Assembly: GCF_036321535.1 (NCBI RefSeq)
Contig: NC_087437.1
Span: forward strand, 61,816,001 to 61,880,000
Source: Camelus dromedarius
Taxonomy: Eukaryota
Length of the DNA: 64,000 bases
Reading direction: 5' to 3'
This document shows, in pieces, positions 38,811-52,252 of the stretch. The number at the start of each line of letters is the position of its first letter. Position 1 is the first letter of the stretch. A model generated the notes under the pieces. That model saw only the letters and a program-made list of their open reading frames with translations. It searched no databases and was not told the DNA's origin. The translations under genes and the position numbers were made by a program.

Positions 38811-40177
38811 TTACTAAGGATGGGTCATATGTTTTAAAAATACAAGATAATTTCAGTGGCTGTTTTGTGTTAATTAAAATAATCCCTTCAAATCTTAGGG
38901 AAAATAATGATAAACAGCCCTTTTGAAAATGGGCAAAATATGAGGAGCAGGTCACTAAGTACAACTACGGATGGCCAATAAACACATGAAAAAATGTTTG
39001 ACTCCTCTAGTAATTAAAGGAATGAAAGTTTAAAACGCTCAAAAGTATTAAAATTATTTTCATCAAATGTAATCAAAATATGTGAACATAATTTAAAAAA
39101 TCACAAGCATGCTAAAAGATAAATAATAAAAACAATAGTTTTTTTTGCTTTTCAATCTCCCATTTCAGGCAGGTGCTTTCAATTTCTTTTACTTGCTTCT
39201 CATCTTGTTGGTTTTTTTTTTTTTCCCTGAATAAAAAGCTGATTCAAAAAACAAACAAACAAACAAACCCCGCTGATTCTGCTCTCTCCCAGTTAGGTAT
39301 GGTTGATATGATTGCCACGTTGCTTAAGACAGCATCTTCTAGGAACTTGAACTGGATCAAATTGTCTACCTGGTTCCTTTACAGAACACACTAACATATA
39401 GAATGCAAAATTGCTCTAAACACAAACATCAGTGTTTTGAAATAGAAGCTAAAAAATTTTTTTTCTCTAAAGACAAAGCTGTTGTACTATTTAAATTGGA
39501 ATCTGAATTAATATGTTTTCCAATCTGGAACCAAATCATATCATCAAATTCTTTTCCAAAGTGTATCAGTATTTCATCATTTGGTTTCAAGTTCTTTACG
39601 TTTCTGCATCTCCAGTTGCAGCTTTTTCATTTTTAAACAGGATCAGTAATCTTTAGTTGTGACCTATTTAATGATACAAAATCTTTCTACCTTAGCATTA
39701 TTCTCATTGTTTATTTCACTGGTTAAATCTTAAGTCAGATTCATTTCTTACCTAGCGTTTGTTAACCTCAGAGCTTATGTTTTGATTTATCTCCAGTGAA
39801 TTTTAAATAAAAATATCCCCTGCCTTTTGTCTTTGGGCAACTTACCCTCCCTGTTAATGAATTCTAGAGATAAATCTTCCTCTGAAAAGATACTGTCTGT
39901 ATCTTTGTTTCGCTTTTGCATTATCTGGTATGCCTCTTGCCCATTAAATATCTCTTTCTCAGCTGAAGGTTTTATATCTTTTTTATTAAACTCGTCCAAT
40001 TTTTCAATAATATTTACTGCTAGGGAATTCAATCTAGTATTTCAAGTACTTCTTGAAATGCTTTTGAATTTTGTTTTTAATAGCAAAAACTCCAAAGTAT
40101 GGGATTAAAATTTGGTTTGCTTTAGTTTGACTAGGAGAATTATTTTTAAATTATGACTTTTCTTTTACTCATTATAG

Positions 40178-40353
40178 GTTTTTTGTTTTAAACAATGAAG
40201 CTGGGCTATTGGAATACTTTGTGAATGAACAGTCTAGAAATCAAAAACCCAGAGGTACTTTGCAGCTTGCAGGAGCTGTAATATCACCCAGTGATGAGGA
40301 CTCTCACACCTTCACTGTAAATGCTGCCAGTGGGGAACAGTATAAACTCAGAG
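40178..40353 (+). CDS. OSBPL11: OSBPL11 exon 3 ([15 protein letters not shown]...EQYKLR), PH domain
   Basis: Acceptor attatag|G, donor G|gtatga; 176 nt; open frame continuous with exon 2. Confidence 0.96.
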
Positions 40354-41227
40354 GTATGACTGAGATATGAGGATTAATAGTGTGATTTTCTTCCTCCCTT
40401 GAGAAGTTGGTGTACTTCCCTGCTGTCATGTGGGTTTTGGAAATAAAAACTGCTGTCACTGATGATACAGACATAATATTCTAAACCTTGGAATTGCTTT
40501 AAGGATTTATGAAATGTGTTTTAATTAATAACTTTTTTAAAGTGACACAATGAACAAGTCTATTTAAAATTCGTTTCTCTAAGAAATTTGTGTAGATGAA
40601 ACCCTGATTACTGAGAAATCTAAAACATGGACTTCTTTAAGTTTTTTTTTATGTCTTCCATGGCTTTGTATTTTACCTCCTTTCCTGATTTGGTTCATAT
40701 GCTCTCTTTGTGGTTTTTAGTGACTTAACGTATGTAAGTGGGATTTATTAAAATGTTCATATTCATTAAAATAAAGTATAACTTGTTTAGATAAATTTAA
40801 TTTGTACAAAAGTATGTGTTTTTTATTTAATTAATATACATAAGGGATAACGATAATCCTAACTGAGCATGCTGCTAGAGATCTGAAAGAATATATTGAG
40901 TGCACATCCAGTGCTTAATAGAGGTTAGTTCTTTAAAGAAGAGCATATTTTTATGAGAAAGTTGACATGTCAAGTCTCATATACCCACCTAGCTGGTTGT
41001 AATTTATCGTTCTTATGAAATACCCACATCCAGCTACGGTGTTACCTAACAAGGTTGATGCTTTGTTGCCAGAGCCTCTTTCCTACCTCCCTCTGGTCAG
41101 GGACATTTACTCTAGGGACAGTAGGACCATTCCCTGATTTTCAATTATCTATTGTTTATACTATAGACAATTAATTGTATTTAAAAAGTAAACAAAAGGT
41201 GAATAACTTGTAAATACTTTTTATCAG

Positions 41228-41307
41228 CCACAGATGCTAAAGAGCGACAACATTGGGTTAGCAGACTTCAGATATGTACACAACACCACACTGAAGCTAT
41301 TGGCAAG
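41228..41307 (+). CDS. OSBPL11: OSBPL11 exon 4 (ATDAKERQHWVSRLQICTQHHTEAIGK), PH C-terminal helix
   Basis: Acceptor ttatcag|, donor AAG|gtatgt; 80 nt; conserved PH-domain Trp. Confidence 0.96.
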
Positions 41308-41364
41308 GTATGTGGATTCATATATGATATTAATGCACAAAAATGGGGAAAGATTTTTTAACTT

Positions 41365-42195
41365 TATTTTTTTGTACTTTTAAATTGAGATACTAATCAT
41401 ATACCATAAAATTTGACCTTTTAAAGTATACAATTTCATGGTCTGTGGTATATTCACAGGATTGTACAACTGTTTTAAGTATCTAATTCCCAAATATTTT
41501 CATCACCTCCCAAAAAACCCGTATCCATTAGCAGTCACTCTATTCCCCTCTTCCCAATCCCCTGGCAAACACTAGCCTATTTTCTTTTTCAGTGGATTTG
41601 TCTGTCCTGGGCATTTCATATAAACGGAATCATACAACATGTGGTTGTTTTGTCTGGCTTCTTACAATAAGCATACTGTTTCCAAGTTTCACCCTGTCAT
41701 TACATGTATTATACTTTTTCCTTCTTAAGGCCAAATAATACTTTATTGTATGGATATACCACATTTTGTTTACCCATTCATCAGTTGATGGACATATAGA
41801 TTGTTTACATTTGTGGCTATTATGAATAATACTGCTATGAGCATTTGTGTTCAAGTTTTTGTGTGAACACAGGATTTCAGTTCTCTGGGTTATGTTTCTA
41901 GGAGTGGAATTACTGGGTTATATGGTAGTCCTCTGTTTAACTATTTGAGGAACTGCTAAACTGTTTTCCAAAGTGGTCAAACTTTCACGTTCTCACCAGC
42001 AATACATGAGGGTTGCAGTTTCTCCATATTCTTGCCAATACTTGTTACTGTCCTTTTTTACAATTATTGTGACCACCCCTAATGAGTGTTAAGTAGAGTT
42101 TTATTGTGGCTTTGATTTTGTTTCTCTAATGACTAATAATGTTCAGCATCTTTTCATGTGCTTGTGGATCATTTGTACATCTCCTTTGGAGTGTT
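41365..42195 (-). mobile_element. L1 3' fragment
   Basis: ORF2 remnant CPSTDEWVNKMWYIHT; begins about 60 nt after exon 4. Confidence 0.85.
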
Positions 42196-42823
42196 TTATT
42201 TTTTAAGATAAAAAGGAAGGTCTCAGAACTTGAAATCTGAGGTTAGAAATGTCTAAAAACTAATATATTGGCAGCGTAGTTACAGGATTCCATACTTACT
42301 TTTTTTTCTTCCTAGTGTTTATTCCCCAAAACTAAATTTTTAAAAATTGTTGTTTAGGCCTATGGCTTAGTCTCCAGGAAATCCAACATAAAAGCTTTAT
42401 TCATGCTGCATGATTCTGATCACTGGTAGTGACCAGAAAGTGCTAGTTTGTTCCAAAGATAATTGAATGTTACATTAAAAAGTTTATGTTGAGTATTGCT
42501 CAGTATATTTTTTGCTTCAATCATGGTGTTTAAAGATCTGAAATTAGAAATTTCTTGTTTTTCTAATATATGTCTAATGTGAAAAAAAAGTGCTTGACAG
42601 CACAAACCTGGGATTAATTTTCTAAATAAATTACCAGTTGGATGTATGAAATACTTCAACTTTAAATGTCTTAAATTTTATCATCTTCAGAAATGTTCTT
42701 GTAGTCAATTCTGAAGTTAATTTTATTTTTTAAAACTGTTCATGTGTAAGCCTCCAGTGTATGGTAGGTTGTGAGTTAACCTAAATTTTAAAAAAGGAAT
42801 GAATTTTTTTGTTTGTCTAATAG

Positions 42824-43000
42824 AATAATCCTCCTCTGAAATCACGGAGCTTCTCACTTGCGTCTAGTGGTAATTCTCCTATGTCCCAGAGGAGATCAAG
42901 CCAAAATGCCATTTCCTTTTTTAATGTTGGACATTCCAAACTACAATCAGTGAGCAAAAGAGCTAACTTACCTCCAGACCATCTTGTGGAAGTCAGAGAA
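42824..43000 (+). CDS. OSBPL11: OSBPL11 exon 5 (NNPPLKSRSFSLASS...DHLVEVRE)
   Basis: Acceptor ctaatag|, donor GAA|gtaagt; 177 nt, phase 0-0. Confidence 0.95.
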
Positions 43001-46000
43001 GTAAGTATGAATTGAAATCAAGTTAAAATGCATAAAATAATCTTAACCTGCTTGGTTTTCTCACAGAAGTTTTTTAAAATTTTATTTGTGTCTTCTGGGG
43101 CCCTCAATGTTTAAGTCATAAAGATTCCCTGATTCCTAAATTTTGTCAACCAGGTTCTTTGTACACTGTTATTTTTTAAAAGTCTGTATCTTTCATTTCT
43201 TAAGTATGAGCACAGACTCCTTTAATGTAAAATTTATGATCAAAAAGGTTATTGTTAAGCCTATTGGGAAGACTGTATAGCCAAATAAGTGACTTTTTAA
43301 AAAACTGATACATGTAAATAGAGAATTTTAAGCATACAAAAAAACAGAATACTTAAATCCTTGATGTTGCCTCCTCTCACCATTTTCTTCTTCTCTTTCA
43401 AACTGAGTACCAAATTATTCTAGTTAATAAAGGTTGTGGTTGTTAGGTTCTGAATAATCCAGATGTTGTTTACTGAGATAAATTTGGTAGAGTTCATAGC
43501 TATTTATGTACTGGATTGTGAAAATAGTATCATAAATCACACCCAAATGATTTAAAGGAGGAGGCTAGTGAGAATGTTCTATCAAGTTATTTTAGGTTGT
43601 ATTTCTAGATGAAGAAGTCAAGATTTAAAGAAATGAATTAACATGCTTGAGATAAATAAACAATAGCTTTTGACTCACTTTTTAGTCCTGTTATAAATAA
43701 GTGATAATTATAAACACCTTCTTCATAAAATGATACATTTTTAGTGTTTATGTTGATGGTATTCAATCTGTAGATAAACATCCGTGTTTGTGTCTTAAGG
43801 GAATCAGAGTGCTTCTATATTAATCTAGAGTGAAGGAAAAGGAAACATTAAAAGTGGTTAAAGTAACAAGGGATAGAATAAAGAAAAAGCATCTAGGGGC
43901 AGACTTGTGTCATAGTGTATTCCTTAACCCTTAAAAATTAGGCCACCATGAAATTTTTGGAACTCTTCCATCATGGCTAGTAATGGGAGTTTGAAGATCC
44001 TTCAGAGATGCTGATTGTGTTCTATTTATTGATCTGGGTGTTGGTTACATGGGTGCGTTTGGTTTATGAAAATCCATCAAGCCTACATACTTGTGATACC
44101 TGTACTTTTCTATCTGTAATACTATATGTCAGTATAGTTTAGTAAAAATTTAAAAAGAAGCAAAAAGTATATAGGTGAAATTGTCATGAATTATGGTGCA
44201 CATTTTCAAGGAAAAGGAACCTTTTTGTATTTAAAATTTTAGCCATCTGTGGAGGCCTCTTCTTGGCTGGGTTTGGATCTTTATGCCTGATATACTGAGA
44301 CCATTGTCATATCTCTCTTAGCTTTTCTTCTGCTGTGATGACTTTAATCACCTTCTCTTCTCTATCCTGCTCTAATGGTTGTTTTGTATTCTTATACCCA
44401 GGGGTAATTTCTTACAATACCTGCACTGTAAAAAAAGTATTGTGTGACTTTAAATATACCTTTTATAACACTGTGATAGCATGTTAATATTTAGCATGTA
44501 ACTCTGACACTTGTATGTAGAGAGTGTGTGTCCCCAAAGTTTTAACAAGTACCTTTTTCGGAAGGACAGGTATTTGCTTACAGAACTAATTTAATGACCT
44601 TCTTGAATTATGGCACCAGCAGTTATCCTAGGATTTGTGTGGTGACCATCGTTTGACAATTTTTTTTGCTAATGCCACATGCAAAAATAAGTTTCAGTTG
44701 AGTGTGTCTTTAGTAGGTTGATGTTTTTGCTTTCAAGAATTCAGCAGTTCAAACTTTAAAATTAATGACTCTATTAGGAACATTTCTGTATACCGATGGA
44801 ATAAATTCTGTTTCTGAGAATTTATACCATTTGGAGTCATACCATTTTTTGTCCTCTAGACAGATATTAAATACCTCTGGAACTACTTTTTCATTTAAAA
44901 GTTAGTTTATTGCCAATTATTTAAAATCATCATAATCTGGTCTCTAGAGGCATGTTGTTTCCTAGCCTTGCTTTTGAAGCCATGCATTTAAGAATCTTGT
45001 TTCAGCTTTGTGGCTTAGATGTATTTCATTGTGGAAGCTTTAAATGCTTTATGAAAGCAGGGGCCCTAGAAAAGTTTCTGAGCCTTTTCTAAGTAGTTTT
45101 TATCCAAGGCAGTGACTGAAAAGATTTGTGTTAAGGTAAAACCAAAGCTAATGATTTTCACAAGTTGAGAAAACTTTTTAAAACCTTCTTATTCTGAACT
45201 AATTTTAAATTTACAGAAAAGTTGCCAAAGTAGTACAGAGTTTCCATATATCCCTCACCCAACATTGAATAATGTTACCATCTTTCATAATATAGTATGA
45301 TTACCAAAACCAGGAAATTTTATAAGTACAATACTTGTAACTCTAGTCCTTATTCAACTTGTTGTAGTTTTTCCATGAACATTCTTTTTCTGTTTTAAGA
45401 TCCTATCCAGGATCCCACATTGCATTTAGTTGTTGTTATTACTACTTAGTCTCCTCCCATCTGTAATTGTTCTCCAGTCTAATTTTTTATGATCTTGATA
45501 CCTATGAATGTCCAATTATTTTTGTTTAATGTTCCGAAATTTTCATTTGTGTGATATTTTCTTATTATTTGATTGAGACTATACATTTTTTGGGGAAAAA
45601 AAAAAACTCCAGAAAATATTATCCTTAGTACCTCATGTCAAGGAGTTCATGATGTCTTACTACCAGTGATATTGGCCTTGATCACTTGGTTAAGGTAGCT
45701 TCTACTGGATTTCTCCACTGTAAAGTTGCTGTCTTTCTGTAGTTAATAAATGGCTTAGGGAGGTACTTTGAGATTATGGAGATCCTTTTTCTCTACAAAG
45801 AAATTCAGAGAACTTTTGATACCAAGCTGACCTGTGTTTCCAGGGAGGAGTTCTCAAGCTTTTTGGTCTTGGGATCCCATTCATTCTTAAAAATTATTGA
45901 GGACCTCAGAGAGCTTTTGTTTTACGTGAGTTATATTTATCAATATTTACCTTATTAGAAATTAAAGCAGTTATTCTAAAAATATTTGTTTTGAAAGTTT

Positions 46001-46216
46001 TATTTTAAAGTTATTTTATTAAAATAAAAATGAATAAATCCATACATGTTAACATAAATGACATATTTTATATCAAGCAACTATTTTTTTTGCCAAAATA
46101 AACAAAATAATTGCACTCAATTTATTGCAATATGTAGTTTTGGTTGAAATACATGAAAAAAGATTTGACCTCACACAGATAATGTGGTTAGAAGAAAGAG
46201 GACTATTTTAATAGCC

Positions 46217-47584
46217 GTTTTTAAAATCGAGGCATAGTTAATTTACAGTGTTATGTTTCAGGTGTACAGCAAAGTGATGCAGTCATATATATATATATAT
46301 ATATATAATCTTTTTGAGATTCTTTTCCATTATAGGTTATTACGAGATATTGAATATAGTTCCTTGTGCTATACAGTAGGTCCTTATTGTTTATCTGTTT
46401 TATATATAGTAGTGTATATATGTTAACCCCAGACTCCTAATTTATCCCTCTCCTTTCCTCTTCAGTAATCGTAAGTTTGTTTTCTATGAGTCTATTTCTG
46501 TTTTGTAAATAAGTTCATTTGTATCAGTTTTTTAGATTCCACATATAAGTGATATCATATGATATTTGTCTTTCTCTGTCTGACTTACTTAGTGTGATAA
46601 TCTCGAGGTCCATCCATGTTGCTGAAAATGGCATTATCCTGTTCTTTTTTATGGCTAAGTAATAATCCATTGTGTATATATATGTGTTCGTATTATATAT
46701 TTGTGTATTTTATATATATGTGGTCTGTGTATATATATATATCTGCCACATCTTTATTTACTCATCTGTCAGTAGACATTTAGGTTGCTTCCATGTCTTG
46801 GCTGTTGTAAATAGTGCTGCTGTGAACATTGAGGTGCACATATCTTTTCGAATTAGAGTTTTCTCAGGAGTGGGATTGCAGGATCATATAGTGACTCTAT
46901 TTTTAGTATTTTAAGGAACCTCCATATTGTTCTCCATAGTGGCTGAACAAATTTCCATTTCTATCGACAGTGTAGGGGGGTTTCTTTTTCTCCACACTCT
47001 CTCCAGCATTTATTATTTGTAGATTTTTTGATGATGGCCATTCTGACTGGTGTAGGGTGATACCTCATTGTAGTTTTGATTTGCATTTCTCTAATAAGTA
47101 GCGATATTGAGCTTCTTTCCATGTGCCTGTTGGCCATCTTTATGTCTTCATGGGAGAAATGTCTAATTAGGTCTTTGCCCATTTTTTGATTGGGTTGTTT
47201 GTTCTTTTGATATTGAGCTGTATAAGCTGTTTGCATATTTTGGAAATTAATCCCTTGTCAGTTGCATAGTTTGCAAATATTTTCTTGCCTTCTGTAGGTT
47301 GTCTTTTCGTTTTGTTTATGGTTTCCTCTACTGTGCAAAAGCTTTTAAGTTTAATTGGGTTCCATATATTTATTTTTGTTTTTATTTAACTCTAGGAGAT
47401 GGATGCAAAAAAAATATTGCTGCGGTTTATGTCAAAGAGTGTCCTGCTTATGTTTTCCTCTAGGAATTTTATAGTATCTGGTCTTACATTTAGGTCTTCA
47501 ATCTATTTTGAGCTTATTTTTGTACATGATGTTAAAGAATATTCTAATTTCATTCTTTTACATGTAGCTGCTCAATTTTCCCAG
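46217..47584 (-). mobile_element. L1 nested in the Charlie element
   Basis: ORF2 remnant ([13 protein letters not shown]); TSD TTTAATAGCC at 46207-46216 and 47585-47594. Confidence 0.9.
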
Positions 47585-48239
47585 TTTAATAGCCTTTTAA
47601 GATAATTGTGACTGTTCTTCGATACGTCACTAAAACTTGACAGTGGCAGCTTCTTAAGTGTTAGACACAGTGTGGAATCTAATATATACCAATAAACTTT
47701 CATATTCTGTTACATAAAAATCCATTGGTTCATCTTATACTTTGAATGGATCTTTAACGTATGCATGATTTTCTAACACTATGCGTTAGTCATTTCGAAA
47801 ATAATTAGTTCAGAGTTGTGAGGTCTTGTAGATGTTGATATGCAATATCAAAAATTCATATTCATCCATATCTTGTAGTAACTGATAATGAAGAGAGTAT
47901 GAAAAGGAATATATGTATGTATGAATGAAACATTATGCTGTACACCAGAAATTGACACAACATTGTAAACTAACTACACTTCAATAAAAAAAAAAGGCAC
48001 ATTCATTAACATCCCCACCAACCCATCAGAAAAGGCTTTCAGTATTGGGAAACTGACAGGTTTATAGTGAGAGATAGAGGTTTTCCAACATTCTAATTTC
48101 ATTTTAAAGCTCAGATTTTATAACTGGCAACAAATACTATCGGTTGTTTTCTTGAAGTGACAGGCCATTTTGTTTAATTTTGAGAAAATATGTACCAACT
48201 ACCCCATTCCTGAAGAGCCATAGTTTCTAACGGTAATTC

Positions 48240-49045
48240 TGTCAAGGGGAAACCCTCCTGTGCTTCTCCTCTATTCTACTACAACATCCTATGCTTCTGT
48301 ACTCTGGTCACCAAATGTGTGGGGGTTTCTGTTTATCTGAGTTAGTGTCAGATCCCACAAAGCTGCCCACACTTCAGATGCTATTTGCAAGTCCAGGTTG
48401 TCATCTGTGCTTCTGACCAACCAGCTATAAATGGGAGGTTTCCATTACCCCTTCTTCAGGTTGAGACATTTGCTAGGACAACTCACAGAACTTGGGAAAA
48501 CAGTATTTACTGCAATACCTGTGTGTTGTAAAGGACTATAATTCAGGAACAGCTAGAGGAGAAGATGCACAGGACAAGATTTGGGGGAAAGAATGCAGAG
48601 CTTCCATGTCCTTTCTGTTTGCACACCCTCCCAGCACCTCCACGTGTTCGCCAATCAGAAGCTCTCTGAACTTTTCCTATGGTTTTTTGTGGAGGCTTCA
48701 TTACTTAGGCATGGCTGACTAAATCATTGGCTATTGGTGATTAATTTAACCTCCAGTTCCTCTCTCCTCCCTAGAGGTTGGTGGGTGGGGCTGAAAGTTC
48801 TAATCCTTTAATCTACAGGGTCGGTACCCTTGGCAGTAAGCCCTTATCTAGGGACTCTGCAAAAATCACTTCTTTCACATAAACTGTACTGTGGTTGAAA
48901 GGGGTTTGTTAAGAATAACGAAGAACATATTTCAACTTTATGCCCTGAAGCTATTACAAGAAACCAAATGTCATAACAAAAGACCCCCCTAGCTCTGATC
49001 ACTTAGGAAATTACAAAGGTTTTAACAGCTGTGTGCCAGGAAGAG
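48240..49045 (-). mobile_element. LTR relic, MER21-like
   Basis: CAGATCCCACA...CACTTCAGATGC...TGCTTCTGACCAACCAGCTATAAAT motifs recalled from MER21. Confidence 0.65.
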
Positions 49046-49069
49046 GTGGGAGGCAGAGACAAAATACGT

Positions 49070-49073
<4 letters not shown>

Positions 49074-49126
<53 letters not shown>
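49074..49126. repeat. (CA)n microsatellite
   Basis: Uninterrupted CA run of about 26 units. Confidence 0.97.
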
Positions 49127-49129
<3 letters not shown>

Positions 49130-50266
49130 GCGTGCACATATATATTCATATACATACATATATATCCTTTCCTGTCAGAATGGTGATCTGTGAAAAACAC
49201 AACTAGTTCAACTTGCAGCTCAGTGATACAAGTGCTTTTCCTTGGGCAACCACTGTACTTTGGTATGCAACAGAAGTACATTTTTTCTGGTGTGCAGCAG
49301 AAGTGTACTTCTCATTTTTCACATAGGCTATTTAAAAAACATATACTCAGAAGTAAAGATATAGTAAAATGAATGATTTTTACTGATTTTTCAAGGACAT
49401 TTTTAAGTAGAACTGGCTCCACCCCCTGCCCCCACCACCCCAGATCTATCCATGCATGGCAATGATGACACTGCCTTGATTCTAAGATGCCAGCGGCTTT
49501 ACCCACCATTGCTTTTGAACCATCAAGGCAAATGCCACCACAGTGAAATAATTTTTTATTCATAGGCAAATAATTTCCTAGAATTATTGTAAGAATAGTT
49601 TTGACTCCATAGGTTCCCACAAGGACCTGCAGAGCACTGTTTGAGAATTGCTCTTCTAGAGTGATTCAGCTCTAGGTTCTAGAGTGATCCAGTTCTAGGA
49701 AGCTGTAATGTAACGATATAATTCAAAGTGAGTTTGAAAGAAATATTTTAATCAAAGTCTATAAATAAGTCCAGTAGTAGAAGAAATAACAGTTGGCAAA
49801 AGCACCTGACTATTGAGAATAGAGTCATACTGTACTTGAATGTGGATTTATTACTAAAGTGTTAAAGTGATCTGCTTTAGTATTTACTGTTTATAATTAG
49901 TACAGTTTATCAAATTACTCTATTAATCACTTCATGCTGGTACTTTGCTTGCCCTGGGAGGAGCTAACATGACCAGTCTAGTAAAGGGAGACAGACAATT
50001 AAAATACAGGTGATAAAATCATGTTTCCAATCTGGTTTTCATACAGCCTAGATGCCACTTAAGCAATGCACGCTCTCACCATATTTACCATGTTTAGCTC
50101 CAAAACACAGATTAAGCAAGTTTTCAGCTTTCCTGGCATTTTTTTTTTTGAGGAACTGATTTTTATAATGTTAGGAATAATCACTAAAACAGCTTCACAA
50201 ATCAGTTCTATTTCGTTGTCAATATATGAACAACTCTTTTGTTTGCTTTGCAAAGAACCATAACCA

Positions 50267-50628
50267 GCCAGAAAGAGAAAGAAAAATGCCATATGATATC
50301 ACTCATCTGTGAAATCAAAAAAAAAGGACACAAATGAACTACTGATAACTTAGAAGATTGATTTCTTGAATATGTGTAAGCACATTTGACTGATGTTTAT
50401 GATTGGATTACTGCATTCTCTTGATTCTTACTTTGTAGTTGGCTTTACTCCTTTGATAACTATGTAAGTTTAAAAAGCTAAAGCTCTAAACTGTTCTTAG
50501 AAACGAACAGTACATACATGTAAATTAAAAAATATGTGCAGTATATTGTATATATGTATTTACATGCAATATATTATATATATGCAGTCAAATTGTGTCA
50601 ATTACCTAATAAAACAAAACTGAAAAAA
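50267..50628 (+). mobile_element. Chimeric L1-mediated insertion
   Basis: TSD AAAGAACCATAACCA at 50252-50266 and 50629-50643; L1 piece followed by atypical sequence, AATAAA at 50608 and an A tail. Confidence 0.8.
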
Positions 50629-51737
50629 AAAGAACCATAACCAAATTTTAACATTGTGCTATAATTAAAAAGCTTTTTGTTCTAACCAAGAATATCACTT
50701 TCTTAGGCCTCTTCACTTCTAACATCAGCATTAGCAGGTGGTTTTTTTGGGCCATTTACACAAAGAAACACTTTTTTTTTCCTCTTAAGTATTATATTGT
50801 GATAGCTGATTATGTTGTCAGTGTCCTATTTATGATTTTTTCCTTTATTAAACTTTTATTGCTTTATAACATAATATTAAAAAGTATACATATCATAAGT
50901 GTACATCTTTTTTCCCCTTCTGTGCTCTCTGAATAGTGTAGTCTAGTGAGCAAGTGTTTTTAATTTAAAAGTTCAATTTTTCAACTGTTTTTTCCTATGA
51001 TGAGAATTAGAAGTTGTACTCTCCAAGTTCAAGAAAGTGAAGAACAAACTCTGTTTGGCTCTAGATTGAAGCTCTTAGAACGTAACACAGAGCCTAACCA
51101 GCTCAAGTCAGTCGTTAACAACCCTGCCTCAGTGTACTTACTGCTGATTATTAGACAAGCCCTAAAGGCCATACTTCCTCCACTCTGTTACTTCTGTTTG
51201 TAAAGTCAGCACATCCTTGAACGTTCCATAACCACCTCCTGGATTAAAAAATTAAATATTTCCAGCACCCTAGAAGACCCTCTCATGCCTCTCCGTCACT
51301 ACACTCTCCTCGCTATCCTGACTTCTAATACCATGTATTTATTTTGTCTACTTTTGAAATTTCTAAAACTGGAATCAAATAGTATGTGCTCCTTTAGGTA
51401 TGGCTTCTTTTTAGTCAACATATGTTGTAGATTTACTTGTGATATTGAATGTAGCAGTTCCTTTGTTGCTTCACAGTATTTATTATATGGACATATCTTA
51501 ATATTTTTTATTCATTCCAGGGTTGGTAGACATTTGAGTTTATGAACATATATACATATCTGTTGGCTGTGTATCTAAGAATATAATTGTTGGGTCATGG
51601 ATTATGTTTATTTAGCTCTATATATTTAACTCTAGTAGATATTGCCAAACTGTTTTCCAAAGTAGTTGTACTTATTCATAATTTTAGATTATTGGGAGTT
51701 AGTCCTGACATTTATATACAAAAACATTTACATATAC

Positions 51738-52252
51738 ACAAACAGTCCCCAACTTACAATGGTTTGACTTATGATATTTTGACTTTACAGTGGTGCAAAA
51801 GTGATACACATTCAGTAGAAACTGTCCTTTGAATTTTAAATTTTGATCTTTTCCTGGGTTAGTGATATGTAGTACAGTACTTTCTCCTGATGCTGGCAGC
51901 AAGCCCCAGCTCTCAGTCAGCCACGTGATCATGAGGGTAAACGGCTAGCACCTTTACAACCATCCTGTATCTGTATAACCATTCTGTTTTTCACTTTCAG
52001 TGCAGTAGAAAAAATAACATGAAATATTGAGTACCGTATTATAAAACAGGCTTTGTGTTAGATGATTTTGTGCAGCTGTAGGCTAATGTAAAAGTTCTGA
52101 GCACACTTAATGTAGACTAGGCAGAGCTATGATGTACAGTATGTTAAGTGTATTAAATGTATTTTTGACTTCTGATATTTCCAACTTGTGATATTTTTAA
52201 CTTATGATGGATTTATCAGGGTGTAACACCATTGTAAATGGAGGAAGATTTG
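51738..52252 (-). mobile_element. TcMar-Tigger element (MER47/Tigger5-like)
   Basis: Inverted terminal motifs ACTTACAATGGT / ACCATTGTAAAT and internal GACTTAYGA repeats. Confidence 0.7.

Larger units (their letters stand above)
45841..49652. mobile_element. hAT-Charlie (Charlie1-like) DNA transposon split by later insertions
   Basis: Termini GTTCTCAA (about 45850) and TTGAGAATTGCT (about 49650) resemble Charlie TIRs; internal sequence resumes around nested elements. Confidence 0.65.
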
